NCBI GenBank assembly: GCA_036742235.1
Contig: DAINQZ010000002.1
Coordinates: 1 to 55,560, forward strand
Direction: 5' to 3'
Length of the DNA: 55,560 nt
Source of the DNA: Candidatus Nanopelagicaceae bacterium
Lineage (GTDB): Bacteria > Actinomycetota > Actinomycetes > Nanopelagicales > Nanopelagicaceae
A program made the position numbers and the translations under genes. This document shows positions 36,710 through 45,579 of this stretch, piece by piece (position 1 is the first letter of the stretch; every line of letters starts with the position of its first letter). Below the pieces are notes generated by a model. It had not been told where the DNA came from, made no database searches, and saw nothing but the letters and a program-made list of their open reading frames with translations.

Positions 36710-37392
36710 CGACTTCGCTTACCGCTCTTTATGGATGGCCCGGCTCCTCCGCCAAGAGTTGGCGCCGCGTTCGTTGAGACCCTCTCCTTCAAATGCGCAG
36801 TTGAATTTGTTTCAGCAACTATCGCCTGACCAGAATGAATCACGATCCGCGTCATGGATGCTGGATCGATAGCGATCCTCTGGAATTGATCGAGATGTAG
36901 ACCGAGGTAATGAGCTGTGATCGCCTTAATGACATCGCCGTGAGAGACGAAGACGGTGGTCTTGCCTGGGAGAGCAAGCCGCGCAACTGCCTCGGTGCTT
37001 CGTCCCAGCATCTCAAGGAAACTTTCTCCGTCGGGAAATCGTACCGATGATGGCTTTGATTGAATCTCTCGCCAGAGTGGCTTCTTCGATAATCGCGCAA
37101 GTGATTTACCACTCCACTCGCCATATTCCATCTCAATAATCCCCGAATCCTTGACCACTTCGATTTGTGGATGTGATGCGAGAAATGGCGCAACAGTTTG
37201 GCGAGCGCGCAAGAGTGGACTGACGACAACTCGTGCGATTGTGAGGGCATCTAACTGCTCCGCAACCTTCTGCGCCTGCTCAAACCCTCTTTTACTCAGA
37301 CCAACTGTCTTATCTCGTCCGGCGAGAATAGCTTTGGCATTTGCAGTGGAGTGGCCGTGCCGAAGAAGGATGATCTCGGTTGGTCGTGTCAT
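36706..37392 (-). CDS. histidine-phosphatase-superfamily protein (phosphoglycerate-mutase-like, Rv2135c-like)
   Basis: RHG catalytic motif (ILLRHGHSTAN), second His (VFVSHGDVIKA), and a Gly/Lys/Arg-rich C-terminal tail. Confidence 0.82.
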   Translation of the reverse strand: MTRPTEIILLRHGHSTANAKAILAGRDKTVGLSKRGFEQAQKVAEQLDALTIARVVVSPLLRARQTVAPFLASHPQIEVVKDSGIIEMEYGEWSGKSLARLSKKPLWREIQSKPSSVRFPDGESFLEMLGRSTEAVARLALPGKTTVFVSHGDVIKAITAHYLGLHLDQFQRIAIDPASMTRIVIHSGQAIVAETNSTAHLKERVSTNAAPTLGGGAGPSIKSGKRSR

Positions 37393-37441
37393 ATAAGAAG
37401 GTTACCGACTTATTGAGGATTCCGTTGGTAGCCTCAGGACT

Positions 37442-38389
37442 ATGGAGATGCGCGCACTCGGACGAACTGGCCTGGCTGTATCTCGTCTCGCACTTGGGAC
37501 TATGACGTGGGGTCGCGATACCGACGAACATGAGGCGGCAGACCAGCTTCGCTCGTATGTCGATGCCGGTGGCAATATTCTCGATACCGCAGCTATGTAC
37601 GGAGATGGTGATAGCGAGCGGGTTATCGGTGGCTTCTTAGGGACGATGATTGGTCGAGAAGAAATCCTGCTTGCAACAAAGGCTGGAATCCCATCACATG
37701 GTGGCACGAGACGATCAAATAATTCCAGATCCAGTCTGCTGGATGAGTTGGATGGCTCGCTCACTCGCCTTGGTGTGGGACACGTTGATCTTTGGCAGGT
37801 ACAAGGTTGGGATGAACAAACTCCCCTAGATGAAACCTTGGCAGCGATGGATTACGCCGTCGCCTCTGGAAAAGCGAGATATGTTGGTTTTGCAAACCTT
37901 GCCGCTTGGCAGTTAGCCCGAGCTGCAACCCTACAGAATCCACTCTTCGGAAAGAGCCCCATCACATCCATCCAGACCGAGTACTCGCTTCTCAATCGAT
38001 CGATGGAGAGCGAGCTACTTCCAGCGACAGCAGAACTTGGTGTTGGAGTTCTCGCCTGGTCACCGCTTGGTCGCGGGGTTCTCACTGGTAAGTACCGAAA
38101 TGGCACGCCATCAGATTCGCGTGGCGCAAGTCCGCACTTCGCTGAATTCATTTCGCCCTATTTAGATGAGCGATCACGTTCTATTGTTGAAGCAGTCTGC
38201 GTCGCCGCGCAAGGATTGGGGTATAGCCCTCTTGAGGTTGCTCTCGCATGGGTTCGAGATAACGCCGGTGTTTCAAGCGCGATCATTGGTGCTCGTACAG
38301 GTGCTCAATTAAGAGGCGTCTTAGCCTCAGAGGAGATCGTTCTGCCCGATCCCGTCAAAATCGCTTTGGATGAGATCTCAGCTTTATAA
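37442..38389 (+). CDS. aldo/keto reductase
   Basis: LGRTGLAVSRLALGTMTWG, DTAAMYGDG.SE and LATK match the AKR catalytic tetrad context. About 315 aa. Confidence 0.85.
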   Translation: MEMRALGRTGLAVSRLALGTMTWGRDTDEHEAADQLRSYVDAGGNILDTAAMYGDGDSERVIGGFLGTMIGREEILLATKAGIPSHGGTRRSNNSRSSLLDELDGSLTRLGVGHVDLWQVQGWDEQTPLDETLAAMDYAVASGKARYVGFANLAAWQLARAATLQNPLFGKSPITSIQTEYSLLNRSMESELLPATAELGVGVLAWSPLGRGVLTGKYRNGTPSDSRGASPHFAEFISPYLDERSRSIVEAVCVAAQGLGYSPLEVALAWVRDNAGVSSAIIGARTGAQLRGVLASEEIVLPDPVKIALDEISAL

Positions 38390-38399
38390 GATCTAGAAA

Positions 38400-39758
38400 T
38401 TAGCAGTTAGATAGGAATCGCGCGAGGACGCGGACTCCAAAGATCAGGCCATCTACTGGAATTCGCTCATCCACTCCGTGGAAGAGTGCGAAGAAGTCGA
38501 GATCATCTGGCAACTTCACTGGACTATATCCATAACCGATGATTCCGAGATCTGAGAGCGCTTTATTATCAGTACCGCCACTCATAAGATACGGAACTGG
38601 AACGCCCTCGGGATCCTCAGCGATGATCGCATCGCACATTCCTTGAACGAGTGGACCATCAAAATCAACCTCTAGCGCCTTATCGCGGATCATTACCTCG
38701 ACCGTTGCATCATCGCCAGCGAGTTGCTTCACGGTACTTGCTAACTCATCTTCAAAGCCTGGAAGAAAACGCCCGTCGACCACTGCTGACGCAGATCCCG
38801 GGATTACATTCGCTTTATAACCAGCTTCCAGCATCGTTGGATTCGCTGTGTTCTGAACTGTGGCGCCCATCATGCGGGCAGCACCACCGATGTGCTTCAA
38901 GAGCGGACGTGGATTTGCTGGGTCGTAGGCCTCCCCCACAAGTTCGGCAATCTTGGAGAAGAATTTTGAACCAGTCTTAGTCTCACGTTGCGGCCATTGG
39001 TGTTCACCAATACGAGCGATTGCGCGTGCCAACTTTGTTACAGCATTCGCAGGATTGATAAATGACCCATGACCCGCGTTTCCAGTGGCGGTGAGCTTCA
39101 TCCATTGAATTCCCTTTTCAGCAGTTTCAACGAAGTAGAGACGGTGGCCACCCGTAATAGTGACTGAGAAACCGCCAACTTCTGAGATCGCCTCCGAATA
39201 TCCGTCGAAGAGTTCAGGACGATTCTTTACTAGCCATCGAGAGCCATAGACGCTTCCCGCTTCTTCATCTGCGAAGAAGATCAACAAGACATTTCGTGGT
39301 GGAACAAAACCGGCTCGAGCCCAGGCACGAACGACCGCGAGGAACATCGCATCGCCATCTTTCATATCAACAGCGCCACGACCCCAAATGAATCCATCTT
39401 TGATAACTCCGCTAAATGGATCAACACTCCAGTCATCAGCATTTGCTGGAACAACATCGAGATGGCCATGAACGACGATTCCTGGACGGCTCTGATCCGC
39501 ACCCTTAATCTTCGCTACGACGTTGACGCGATTGGGCGCGGTCTCAATGAGTTCCGATTCAATACCAACTTCGGCCAATTTAGCGGCGCAATACTCAGCA
39601 ACCGCTTTCTCATCGCCCTTACCCTCGCCGTAGTTGACGCTGGGAATCTGGATCAATCCCTGAAGGAGTGAAATAACATCGGCCTCCATCTCTGCCATTT
39701 GGGCGGGAGTGAGGTTGTAGCCATTTGAGTCTGCGGGATTCTCATTGTTCTGGGTCAT
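38400..39758 (-). CDS. M20/M25/M40-family metallopeptidase (dipeptidase/desuccinylase-like, Rv2141c-like)
   Basis: HGHLDVVPA, GRGAVDMKDG, and the FFADEEAGS metal ligands. The start is taken at ATG 39758 (MTQNNE); the track start 39794 adds 12 residues. Confidence 0.85.
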   Translation of the reverse strand: MTQNNENPADSNGYNLTPAQMAEMEADVISLLQGLIQIPSVNYGEGKGDEKAVAEYCAAKLAEVGIESELIETAPNRVNVVAKIKGADQSRPGIVVHGHLDVVPANADDWSVDPFSGVIKDGFIWGRGAVDMKDGDAMFLAVVRAWARAGFVPPRNVLLIFFADEEAGSVYGSRWLVKNRPELFDGYSEAISEVGGFSVTITGGHRLYFVETAEKGIQWMKLTATGNAGHGSFINPANAVTKLARAIARIGEHQWPQRETKTGSKFFSKIAELVGEAYDPANPRPLLKHIGGAARMMGATVQNTANPTMLEAGYKANVIPGSASAVVDGRFLPGFEDELASTVKQLAGDDATVEVMIRDKALEVDFDGPLVQGMCDAIIAEDPEGVPVPYLMSGGTDNKALSDLGIIGYGYSPVKLPDDLDFFALFHGVDERIPVDGLIFGVRVLARFLSNC

Positions 39759-39856
39759 GTGCCAATCCTGCACCACAATCGCTCCATTTCCCACGCACGA
39801 CAGAGATTGCTATATTTCTCCACTGATCCTTAGCAGCCAGCTAGGGGTAGACACTC

Positions 39857-39940
39857 GTCCGGGTGGCGGAATTGGCAGACGCGCTAGCTTGAGGTGCTAG
39901 TCCTCGCAAGGGGTTCGGGGTTCAAGTCCCCGTTCGGACA
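39857..39940 (+). tRNA. tRNA-Leu (anticodon GAG), class II with a long variable arm
   Basis: Folded by hand. Acceptor GTCCGGG / TTCGGAC (two G-U pairs); anticodon stem CTAGC/GCTAG with loop TTGAGGT (anticodon GAG); variable arm CCTCGCAAGGGG; T-arm CGGGG-TTCAAGT-CCCCG. CCA is not encoded. Confidence 0.9.
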
Positions 39941-40025
39941 CACAGTTACTCATATCTCGTTATAACTCCCAGGCTCTCGACCAGAGAACCTCTGAGAATC
40001 CATCAGGTAGTGGCAGGATACGGCC

Positions 40026-40667
40026 ATGGCCGAGCTCACCTATTACTGCGGAACCATGGATAGCGGTAAGTCAACGCTCGCCTTACAGACAGCGCATAAC
40101 CACCAGAGCCGGGGTCGCACCGGCGTGATCTTCACCAATAAAGACCGCGGTGGCCCAGGCATGATCACTAGCCGCCTTGGACTCAAGAGTGAAGCGGTTG
40201 AGGTCAGTAATGGGTTAGACCTTCATAAATTTGTTGTTGAGATGCTCAGTCGTGGTGAGCGCGTCGATTTCATTATTAGCGATGAGACGCAGTTCTTTGA
40301 TGCGAAGCAGATCGAAGAACTTGCCCAGATAGTTGATGGGCTTGGAATCGATGTCTATGCATTCGGTATCTTGACTGATTTTCGAACGAAACTCTTTCCA
40401 GGTTCTGCTCGGCTCGTTGAACTTGCAGATCGAGTTTTGCCATTGCAAGTTGAAGCGCTCTGCTGGTGTGGATCTCGTGCAACCCATAATGCTCGTGTTG
40501 CCTATGGCGAGATGATTACCGAAGGCGAGCAAGTTGTAGTCGGAGATACACAGGATCCAGATGCAATCGGGTATGAAGTTCTCTGCCGTCGCCATCATAT
40601 GCGTCGTGTAACAAGTCGTTCGGCGCGCGCCGCTCGCCCTGAGCCGCTACCCTTCCAAGGTATCTAA
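40026..40667 (+). CDS. tdk: thymidine kinase
   Basis: P-loop GTMDSGKST, DETQFF, and the zinc ligands CWCG...CRRHH. Confidence 0.9.
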   Translation: MAELTYYCGTMDSGKSTLALQTAHNHQSRGRTGVIFTNKDRGGPGMITSRLGLKSEAVEVSNGLDLHKFVVEMLSRGERVDFIISDETQFFDAKQIEELAQIVDGLGIDVYAFGILTDFRTKLFPGSARLVELADRVLPLQVEALCWCGSRATHNARVAYGEMITEGEQVVVGDTQDPDAIGYEVLCRRHHMRRVTSRSARAARPEPLPFQGI

Positions 40668-40717
40668 CTCTCTTTCCAAACTCTTACCGCAAGACCCCCA
40701 CTTATAAGGAGATCTTC

Positions 40718-41758
40718 ATGGAATCAAAGGGCTACGCCGCACTTGCAGGAAACACTCCGCTTGAGCCATTCACCTTTACGCGTCGCGAACTAGGCGTGAA
40801 GGATGTCGCCCTTGATATCTCATATGGCGGTATCTGCCACTCAGATATTCATCAGGTACGAGAGGAGTGGGGCGCAAGCCTCTTCCCAATGGTTCCTGGC
40901 CACGAGATCGTTGGTCGAGTTACCCAGATTGGTTCATCTGTATCAAAGTTTAAAGTTGGAGATCTGATTGGAATCGGTGTCTTCATCGATTCTTGCCGAG
41001 AGTGTGAGAACTGTCTAGCTGGAAAGCAGCAGTACTGTTTAGGCGGAATGACTGGAACGTACAACACCTATGAACGCAATACGAAAAATATTGCCTTTGG
41101 TGGTTATTCAAACAATTTTGTCATCGATGAAGATTATGCGGTTCACGTGCCGGCGAACCTTCCGATGGAAGGTGTCGCCCCTTTGATGTGTGCAGGCATA
41201 ACTCTCTACTCCCCTCTGCGCCATTGGAAAGCTGGTCCGGGTAAGAAAGTTGCAATCATGGGTCTTGGTGGACTCGGTCATATGGGAGTGAAGTTTGCAG
41301 CGGCCATGGGTGCCCACGTAACAGTCCTCTCCCATTCACCGAATAAGAAGGCCGATGCTCTTGCAATGGGCGCAGATGAATTTCTCGTCTTGGATTCAGA
41401 CGAGGCTTTCACAGCACATAAGCGCCACTTCGATCTCATCCTTAACACCGTCTCTGCAGATCTGCCGATTGAGAAGTATCTCTCGCTAACTAAGGTCGAT
41501 GGCACCTTGGTAATGATTGGACTTCCAAGTGCTCCCTTAGCCATTAATGTCGGAACTCTCATTGGATCACGACGTTCGCTCGCAGGATCGATGATTGGTG
41601 GAATCCCAGAGCTACAAGAGATGCTCGATTTCTGTGCAGAACATCAGATCGTTAGCGATGTAGAGGTTATCGAACCCAGCTACATCAATACCGCATACGA
41701 TCGTACGGTCGCTTCAGATGTGAAATACCGCTTCGTGATCGATGCGAGTAAGTACTAA
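40718..41758 (+). CDS. zinc-dependent NAD(P) alcohol dehydrogenase (cinnamyl-alcohol-dehydrogenase/YahK-like)
   Basis: GICHSDIH, GHEIVG, the structural-zinc cluster CRECENCLAGKQQYC, and the Rossmann motif GLGGLGH. Confidence 0.88.
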   Translation: MESKGYAALAGNTPLEPFTFTRRELGVKDVALDISYGGICHSDIHQVREEWGASLFPMVPGHEIVGRVTQIGSSVSKFKVGDLIGIGVFIDSCRECENCLAGKQQYCLGGMTGTYNTYERNTKNIAFGGYSNNFVIDEDYAVHVPANLPMEGVAPLMCAGITLYSPLRHWKAGPGKKVAIMGLGGLGHMGVKFAAAMGAHVTVLSHSPNKKADALAMGADEFLVLDSDEAFTAHKRHFDLILNTVSADLPIEKYLSLTKVDGTLVMIGLPSAPLAINVGTLIGSRRSLAGSMIGGIPELQEMLDFCAEHQIVSDVEVIEPSYINTAYDRTVASDVKYRFVIDASKY

Positions 41759-41774
41759 CTCAATCTAAATAATT

Positions 41775-42509
41775 CTAAATAAATTGATGTGCTGCTGTTG
41801 CGATGAGTGGTGCCAGGAAGATCGCCGGCAGTAAGTTCCCGATAGCAATCACCTTGATATTGAGAATTCTCAATCCGATAGCAGTGAGAAGGATTCCGCC
41901 CACCGCAGTCATCGCACCTACCTGGTAGCCATTCATGACATTACCTAATCCCCAACCAGCAATCGTCCAGAGCCCTTGGTAGATTCCAACTGGAATGAAT
42001 GAGGCGAGGACTCCCCAGCCGAACGTTGCGGCAAAGGCGATTGAAGTAATGCAGTCCAATATGCTCTTCAAAATGAGTTGTTGATGACCATTTCCCATTC
42101 CATCTGAAATAGAGCCAAGTATCGCTAGTGGACCAATCGCAAAGAGTAGAGACGCTGCCATGAACCCTTCAATGAAGTTGCCCCTACTTGAGCCAGAGAA
42201 GCGCTTACGTAGCTGATGTCCAAAAGATTCAAGGTGATCTTCTATTCGAAGCAAGGTGCCGATCAGGGCTCCAAGAACGAGAGCAACGATGATGGTGAGC
42301 AAAGTCCAACCACTAGGGAGAGCCTTGGAGTAGATCGGGTTCCATACGATACGAAGTGCGTCAGCGGCGGCAACGAAGGTGACTAACCCGAGTGCATCTG
42401 TGATGAGCGAACGGGTCTTCTCGGGAATTCTGTTCCCAAAGAGAACGCCGATCACACTACCGCCCATGATTCCCAATACATTGAGAAGAGTCCCGAATCC
42501 GATAAACAT
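41775..42509 (-). CDS. DUF554-family integral membrane protein (YdfK/YqgA-like)
   Basis: The N-terminus GFGTLLNVLGIMGGSVIGVLFGNRIPEK is typical of DUF554, and the protein is hydrophobic throughout. Confidence 0.8.
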   Translation of the reverse strand: MFIGFGTLLNVLGIMGGSVIGVLFGNRIPEKTRSLITDALGLVTFVAAADALRIVWNPIYSKALPSGWTLLTIIVALVLGALIGTLLRIEDHLESFGHQLRKRFSGSSRGNFIEGFMAASLLFAIGPLAILGSISDGMGNGHQQLILKSILDCITSIAFAATFGWGVLASFIPVGIYQGLWTIAGWGLGNVMNGYQVGAMTAVGGILLTAIGLRILNIKVIAIGNLLPAIFLAPLIATAAHQFI

Positions 42510-43390
42510 TAAGAACCAAATACTCCAAAGCGCAAAATGGAAATCACGCCCACTAATAAGCAGTACAGTGCAAAGGGCCGTAGCGTATTACTTCGAAAAT
42601 ATTTGACCAAGAATTTTACCGAGATAAATGTAGCGATGAACGCCGCAATAGTTCCAGCCAGTAGCGCGCCGTTTGATCCCGCGGCTATAGCTCCGTGATG
42701 CATCAATTGTGGAAGTTTAAAGAGAGATGCTCCGAGGATGGCCGGGAAGGCAAGGAGAAAAGCAAAGTCGGCTGCGACCGAACGTGAAAGACCACGCATC
42801 ATTCCAAAGCTAATAGAGACGCCGAAACGAGAAATACCGGCAAAGAGTGCGGTGCTCTGACCAACTCCGACGACAAGGGCTTGCCCAAGAGAGACACGTT
42901 CAACTATGGCGGTATTCGAATCCTTTGCCATGGCGTGTGCATGACGACGATCAGTGAGACGCTCAACACCGAAGAGGATCAGACCATTAATAGTCAGGAA
43001 GCAAGCAGCATAGAGTGGCTTTCCAAAGTTCTTCTCAAAGAATTTGTTGAGGGCAAGACCCAGGAGTGCAACTGGGAGCGTTCCTACGATAAGACGAAGT
43101 AAGAGCGGAAGACCTGATCCTGCAGATGGATCTTTCCGAAGACCACGAAGTGCAGAGCCAAGAATGTTGAGCCAACGTCGACCAAAGATGATGAAGAGAG
43201 CTATCGCGCTCGCAAGGTGGAAAGCAACGGCAATGAGAAGGTATTGAGGATCAGCCGCGAAGCTCTTCCAACTGCCACCAAGCCACGCCGGCACGAGAAC
43301 TGCATGACCAAGAGAGGATATCGGGAAGAGTTCAGTAACCCCTTGGAGTAATCCGACAACGATCGCTTGAAGGTATGTGAAGTGAAACAT
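42509..43390 (-). CDS. uppP: undecaprenyl-diphosphate phosphatase
   Basis: The BacA/UppP signature GLLQGVTELFPISSLGH and a multi-TM protein. It is the Rv2136c counterpart. Confidence 0.9.
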   Translation of the reverse strand: MFHFTYLQAIVVGLLQGVTELFPISSLGHAVLVPAWLGGSWKSFAADPQYLLIAVAFHLASAIALFIIFGRRWLNILGSALRGLRKDPSAGSGLPLLLRLIVGTLPVALLGLALNKFFEKNFGKPLYAACFLTINGLILFGVERLTDRRHAHAMAKDSNTAIVERVSLGQALVVGVGQSTALFAGISRFGVSISFGMMRGLSRSVAADFAFLLAFPAILGASLFKLPQLMHHGAIAAGSNGALLAGTIAAFIATFISVKFLVKYFRSNTLRPFALYCLLVGVISILRFGVFGS

Positions 43391-43405
43391 AGGTAGACTC
43401 TACAG

Positions 43406-44107
43406 GTGAGCGAGCAGAAAAGAGCTGAACCTAGCGGCCGTCAGGGTCTATTGAAGATTTTGTATCCGCAACGGACTATCCCCCGCATGCTTTGGACGAG
43501 CAATGGTCGATGGGATCTCTCAATGAGTCGGGTGGCTATCTTGCTCTTTGGACTGGCGATCTTTGGATTCGGTGATGGTCTTATCATTGAGTCCCATATT
43601 GGAAATGCACCATGGTCAGTGCTTGCTCAAGGACTTTCGTTGCACACGCCCTTCTCTATCGGTGAATGCACCTTCATTATCGGATTTCTCGTTCTCCTTT
43701 TATGGCTTCCGATGCGGGAACGTCCAGGTTTCGGTACGTTGGCAAATATCTGCGTGATCTCGCTCTTTATTCAAATTGCAGTAGATGTCGTTCCAGTGGT
43801 TCATCGTAACTTTCTACTCTCGCTTCTCATGGTCGTTACAGGAATCGCTCTCGTTGGGCTCGGCTCTACGCTCTACATCACAACTGGCTTGGGGCCGGGT
43901 CCGCGCGATGGTTTGATGACAGCGCTCCATCAACGAACTGGGGTTCGCGTTGCTCGAGTTCGACTAGCGATTGAGATCACCGCCCTCATCATTGGTGCTT
44001 TACTAGGCGGGACACTTGGCATTGGAACTGCGCTCTTTGCCTTTCTCATCGGTAATTCTGTTGCAATTTGGCTCGGAATCATCTCCCACTTTGCAGGAGC
44101 CAATTAA
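43406..44107 (+). CDS. integral membrane protein, YczE/YitT-like (function unknown)
   Basis: Five to six predicted TM helices, and GNAPWSVLAQGLS...GPGPRDGLM resembles the YczE family. The start is uncertain (GTG 43406 versus ATG 43487). The 3' end overlaps ung convergently by 29 nt. Confidence 0.6.
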   Translation: MSEQKRAEPSGRQGLLKILYPQRTIPRMLWTSNGRWDLSMSRVAILLFGLAIFGFGDGLIIESHIGNAPWSVLAQGLSLHTPFSIGECTFIIGFLVLLLWLPMRERPGFGTLANICVISLFIQIAVDVVPVVHRNFLLSLLMVVTGIALVGLGSTLYITTGLGPGPRDGLMTALHQRTGVRVARVRLAIEITALIIGALLGGTLGIGTALFAFLIGNSVAIWLGIISHFAGAN

Positions 44108-44738
44108 CCGGTTCAATTGACTTCGATTCCAGAATCTCATTACACCGAGAAAAGGGCGAGCTACCAAAGAAGCCTCGATAGGCGCTTAAGGGGCTTGGGT
44201 GAACACTGGTAATCAGAGCATCGCTCTCAAAATAGTGTGAGAACTTTTTAGCGCTCTCCCCCCATAAAATTCCGACGGTTTTTGGAGTGACCACTGATGC
44301 AAGAACGGCATTGGTGAATTCCTGCCAACCGATAGATGCATGAGAGAGCGACTTTCCGGGCTCGCACGTCAGTATTGAGTTCAAGAGTAAAACTCCCTCA
44401 TTGCGCCACTGAGTCAGATCACCTGATTCGGGTATTGGGAAACCTAGATCAGCGTGATACTCCTTGAAGATATTAGAGAGCGTCGGTGGAAACTTTCTGA
44501 CAGAGTGTGGAATCGAGAAGGCAAGGCCGTGTGCATTCTCGCTCTGCGGATATGGATCCTGACCAAGGATCACCACTTTGACTGAAACTGGAGGAAGTGC
44601 GAAGGCGGCGAAGATCTGATCGCGATCTGGATTGGTTGCAGACTCACCGATCGCAGCATCGATTAAGTCCAGCAGAGGGAGATGGTCGACCAAAAGTCGC
44701 GACCATTCGCGTGGAAGGAGGGAGCGCAACGATTCCAT
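44079..44738 (-). CDS. ung: uracil-DNA glycosylase, family 1
   Basis: VVILGQDPYP...AHGLAFS (water-activating loop), LLLNSILT, and the HPSPLSAYRGFFG leucine-intercalation loop. Confidence 0.9.
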   Translation of the reverse strand: MESLRSLLPREWSRLLVDHLPLLDLIDAAIGESATNPDRDQIFAAFALPPVSVKVVILGQDPYPQSENAHGLAFSIPHSVRKFPPTLSNIFKEYHADLGFPIPESGDLTQWRNEGVLLLNSILTCEPGKSLSHASIGWQEFTNAVLASVVTPKTVGILWGESAKKFSHYFESDALITSVHPSPLSAYRGFFGSSPFSRCNEILESKSIEPVNWLLQSGR

Positions 44739-44746
44739 GAACGAGA

Positions 44747-45529
44747 TTACAAAGCGCGAGCGAAGAAGCGACCGCCCTCATTAATGACCGAGATCGCAAT
44801 GCCATACGCACTTGAGAGATTTTCTGAGGTGAGAACCTCATTGATCAAACCCATACCAACGGCCTGGCCAGATTTCAGCAAGAGCGCATGAGTTGTTCCG
44901 TGCGGAATCTCTTCGAGATGATGGGTAACGATTAACGTTGCAGGTGAGAGCGGATCGGCAGCAAGTGCATCCAGGCGCTTGAGAAGATCTTCTCGACCGG
45001 ATAGATCCAACCCAGCTGCTGGCTCGTCAAGGAGCAGAAGTTCGGGATTGGGCATCAGCGCTCTCGCAATCAGAACACGCTTCTTTTCACCTTCACTCAA
45101 GGTTCCGAAGGTGCGCTCTTTTAGATCGCGAACTCCCAGAGTGGTGAGCAGGCTCATGGCTCGGGACTCATCCCAGAGGTCATAGCTCTCATTCCAACGC
45201 CCGATAATCGCGTAGGCAGAGCTCATGACAAGATCCATCACGATCTCATCTTCTGGAATGGTTGTGACCAAATTTGTTGTCATCAATCCGATTCTTGGTC
45301 GGAGTTCGAAGACATCAGTTCGACCAATGACGGAGTCGAGAACTTCAACGGTTCCTGTGGTCGGATGGATATTTGTTGCTGCCAGTTGGAAGAGCGTCGT
45401 CTTTCCTGCGCCATTGGGCCCGACGATGACCCATCGCTGGCCCTCAGAAATCTCGAGCGAGATGGGTCCGAGGATCGTCGATCCATCACGAATCACGCTG
45501 ACGCTATCGAATTTCAATACCTGGCTCAC
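44747..45529 (-). CDS. ABC-transporter ATP-binding protein with no adjacent permease (YlmA/ModF-like)
   Basis: Walker A GPNGAGKTT, signature LSEGEKKR, Walker B LLLLDEPAAGLD, and an H-loop THH. Confidence 0.85.
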   Translation of the reverse strand: MSQVLKFDSVSVIRDGSTILGPISLEISEGQRWVIVGPNGAGKTTLFQLAATNIHPTTGTVEVLDSVIGRTDVFELRPRIGLMTTNLVTTIPEDEIVMDLVMSSAYAIIGRWNESYDLWDESRAMSLLTTLGVRDLKERTFGTLSEGEKKRVLIARALMPNPELLLLDEPAAGLDLSGREDLLKRLDALAADPLSPATLIVTHHLEEIPHGTTHALLLKSGQAVGMGLINEVLTSENLSSAYGIAISVINEGGRFFARAL

Positions 45530-45579
45530 AGGAGTGAAAGATACCTGCTTCGGTGCTCACTAGCCGATAGCCTCTCCCT

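Noticed and set aside
39857-40025. tRNA-Leu as the attachment site of an integrated element.
   Set aside because: There is no integrase, excisionase, or phage or plasmid gene on either side, and I spotted no repeat of the tRNA 3' end by eye. Downstream genes (tdk, adh) are ordinary metabolic genes with unremarkable composition. I retained it only as a low-interest synteny-break note.
44747-45529. The orphan ABC ATPase, considered as part of a novel transporter or defence module.
   Set aside because: No permease, substrate-binding protein or nuclease partner is adjacent. Its neighbours are ung and serB. Stand-alone YlmA/ModF-like ABC ATPases are common housekeeping genes, and nothing in the sequence marks it as unusual.
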